Shown here in pieces: positions 62,198 through 64,000 of a stretch of DNA of 64,000 bases. The DNA lies in NCBI GenBank assembly GCA_041615815.1, contig JBFJCP010000007.1, positions 72,048 through 136,047 on the forward strand, given 5' to 3'. Positions within the stretch are counted from its first letter, which is position 1. Each line of letters opens with the position of its first letter. The translations under genes and the position numbers were made by a program. This stretch comes from Gemmatimonadales bacterium (GTDB lineage Bacteria; Gemmatimonadota; Gemmatimonadetes; Gemmatimonadales; GWC2-71-9). Below the pieces are notes generated by a model, which worked only from the letters and a program-made list of their open reading frames with translations, searched no databases and was not told where the DNA came from.

Positions 62198-62947
62198 TCA
62201 GCACCCAATCCGCGTTCCCTTCCCCATCGGCTCGTTGTCGGTGACCCCGCACTCCGAGCGATGCTCGTCCCGACGGCCGAGGACCGCCACTTCGGCGGGT
62301 CGCTCGTCACCGCTACAGGCATTGCCGACTCCGCGATCGTCCGGGCAAGAGAGCAGGAGGGCGCAGGCAACGAGATGTCGTAGCTCCTCCCGGCACGCCG
62401 CGGTGTCGAGGCTCACGGGTCTTCCCCACCGTTGGTGCGGTCGTGGGAACAGAACCGGGACTTGCCCCGCGGCCTGAATCTCTCGCCGCGACCACCAACA
62501 GCCCACCTCCGCGGAGACTTGCACCATCTGGATAGGGGGCGCGCGGGGCCGTTGGGCCTCCCGCACGTCCGTGGCCGAGAGGTAGCATCCGTACTCCGGT
62601 GCTTCCGAAGCCGTACGGGGGTGATTGTGCCAGAGCACGAGGGTCGCAGACGGGCATGACTGGTATTGAACCTGATTGGCCGTAGCGCGTTGGATGGATG
62701 GCCGCCACGCTAGATCGATCAGCGCCTCCCCATCTTCAACCACACCAATCAAGCACCGCACGGTCTCGACACCCAGCGTATCCGCGAGGGCGTCGAGCTC
62801 TTCCACGACGTGCGGGGCGAGGATCAGACGAAACGACTTGGTGCTAGTGGACGGGGGATCCTGCAGCGTGGAGACGCTGTGCGCCTGCTGCGCTCCCACC
62901 GGAGCGGCAATCAAGAAAGCCATCAGCAGTACGAACTCACGTCTCAT
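62198..62947 (-). CDS. Secreted protein with JAB/MPN-like metalloenzyme motif
   Basis: Signal peptide; E(TVRCLIG), WHNHP, LSATD; Cys-rich. Confidence 0.65.
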   Translation of the reverse strand: MRREFVLLMAFLIAAPVGAQQAHSVSTLQDPPSTSTKSFRLILAPHVVEELDALADTLGVETVRCLIGVVEDGEALIDLAWRPSIQRATANQVQYQSCPSATLVLWHNHPRTASEAPEYGCYLSATDVREAQRPRAPPIQMVQVSAEVGCWWSRREIQAAGQVPVLFPRPHQRWGRPVSLDTAACREELRHLVACALLLSCPDDRGVGNACSGDERPAEVAVLGRRDEHRSECGVTDNEPMGKGTRIGC

Positions 62948-63073
62948 GTTGTCCACCCCAAGGGGGTACGAAAAAGCGCTCACATCACAGGTGGAATAGG
63001 CTCTCCTCTTTCTTCTCATCGATTCCCAAAGGCCGAGACCCGATTCGAACCGAATCTCCCAAGACCTCGGTTT

Positions 63074-63089
63074 TGCAATAAGAGTGCCA
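63074..63089 (-). promoter_or_regulatory. Sigma-54 -24/-12 promoter upstream of the JAB-like gene
   Basis: Minus strand TGGCACTCTTATTGCA, near-consensus. Confidence 0.8.
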
Positions 63090-63106
63090 ACTGCCACGCC
63101 CGCCCC

Positions 63107-63139
63107 AAAAACGCCCCGCAACCCAAAGGCTGCGGGGCG
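63107..63139 (-). terminator. Rho-independent terminator
   Basis: Minus strand CGCCCCGCAGCC-TTTG-GGTTGCGGGGCG followed by TTTTT. Confidence 0.75.
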
Positions 63140-63170
63140 CGATGACCCTTCGGCGTTTCCTCGTCCGCGG

Positions 63171-63836
63171 CTACTCTGGAGGCGGCATCCCCATCCCCGG
63201 CATCTCCTGCGGGGTCTCCGTGATCGAGGATTTCGCGTCCTTCCCGTGCGCCGTCATGACCATCTCTTCACCCTTGGTCCCGACCCACTTGACCATGCCA
63301 AAGGGCAGTGCATCCGTCACCCACATTTCCCCGCTCTTGTCCGTGGCTCGGAGGTGAAGCGTGCGCATGGTCCCGACAGGAACCGTGATCGACTCCCAGC
63401 CGACCTCTTCAGCAGCTTCACACTTCTTCGACCACTCTACCGCCTGATTGTTGTTGCCGCGCTGCTGCATCATCGTGAGCATCTGCGCCGGGAGCTTCAT
63501 GGCGGGCTGGTTTCCGGCTTTGATTACGGCCGCCTTGATCTCGTCTTGGTCCCAGGGATACTCCGGAACGAGGAATTGGGAGATGAAGTCGCCCTCGCTG
63601 GTATTCATCTTGAGCTCGAACCAGTAGTGCTCGGCGCCTTCGGCTCGCTCGGTGCCAACGATGGCGAAGCGCATCTCGGCTTGGCCTCCGGGGATATCGC
63701 TCGCCGTCATCTGGTACTGCACCCACTGACCGACGGTGACATCACCGAGCTTGCGGCACATGTCCGCGATGGTTTGAGCAGCTAGGGTAGGTGCCATGCA
63801 CGCGAGCGTGACGGCGATAGCGAGGACCCGTTGCAT
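63171..63836 (-). CDS. Secreted hypothetical protein (DUF3108-like beta fold)
   Basis: Signal peptide; VGQWVQY; VGWESITVPVGT; MWVTDALPFGMVK; AAAGGAG RBS. Confidence 0.7.
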   Translation of the reverse strand: MQRVLAIAVTLACMAPTLAAQTIADMCRKLGDVTVGQWVQYQMTASDIPGGQAEMRFAIVGTERAEGAEHYWFELKMNTSEGDFISQFLVPEYPWDQDEIKAAVIKAGNQPAMKLPAQMLTMMQQRGNNNQAVEWSKKCEAAEEVGWESITVPVGTMRTLHLRATDKSGEMWVTDALPFGMVKWVGTKGEEMVMTAHGKDAKSSITETPQEMPGMGMPPPE

Positions 63837-64000
63837 GGTGTCTCCTTTGTCAGATATATCGGTGCGTCCCCGAAAGGTGGATAGAGGAGAGGATAAGCGA
63901 AAGGGGGAGCCCGGCTCGCCGACATGCGACAGCCTCTGCCGTCACCGGTGCCAAGCGTGTAGGATTGAGAACGACGACCGCACGGTGGAATGATCATGAC

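Noticed and set aside
41288..64000. Prophage, ICE or anti-phage defence island
   Set aside because: No integrase, transposase, phage structural, nuclease or known defence domains recognised; the JAB-like protein is secreted and lacks E1/E2 or CBASS neighbours.

Overview
High-GC bacterial chromosomal window. Gene style and content (PorV-like barrel, Ser/Thr kinase with TolB-like propeller, VPS10/BNR hydrolase, SigA-like factor without region 1.1) suggest Gemmatimonadota; this is inference only. About 1-41.3 kb is mostly housekeeping: thiO, lipA-pdhABC-lpdA-lipB, M20 peptidase, Glu/Leu/Phe/Val dehydrogenase, dnaE-accA-ricT-metG, M23 peptidase, DsbA, waaA, an F1-only atpAGDC operon preceded by a Rex/CRP-type palindrome, mlaEFD, a sigma-70 factor and seven tRNAs. 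From about 41.3 kb the content is accessory. The most striking feature (about 49.9-63.1 kb) is a sigma-54 module. It has a pseudo-receiver enhancer-binding protein and five paralogous ZU5-like lipoproteins that all end in H-F-S-[NG]-Y-A-[VI]-[AS]-W-stop, resembling HFS/GPS autoproteolysis sites. It also has two internally duplicated all-TPR proteins, an orphan oligopeptide-binding lipoprotein, a secreted JAB/MPN-like protein and four -24/-12 promoter matches. Hypothesis: a self-cleaving, peptide-releasing signalling system. A secreted protein resembling a plant XLG/EDR4 repeat also occurs. All assignments come from motif recognition by eye; no searches were run.
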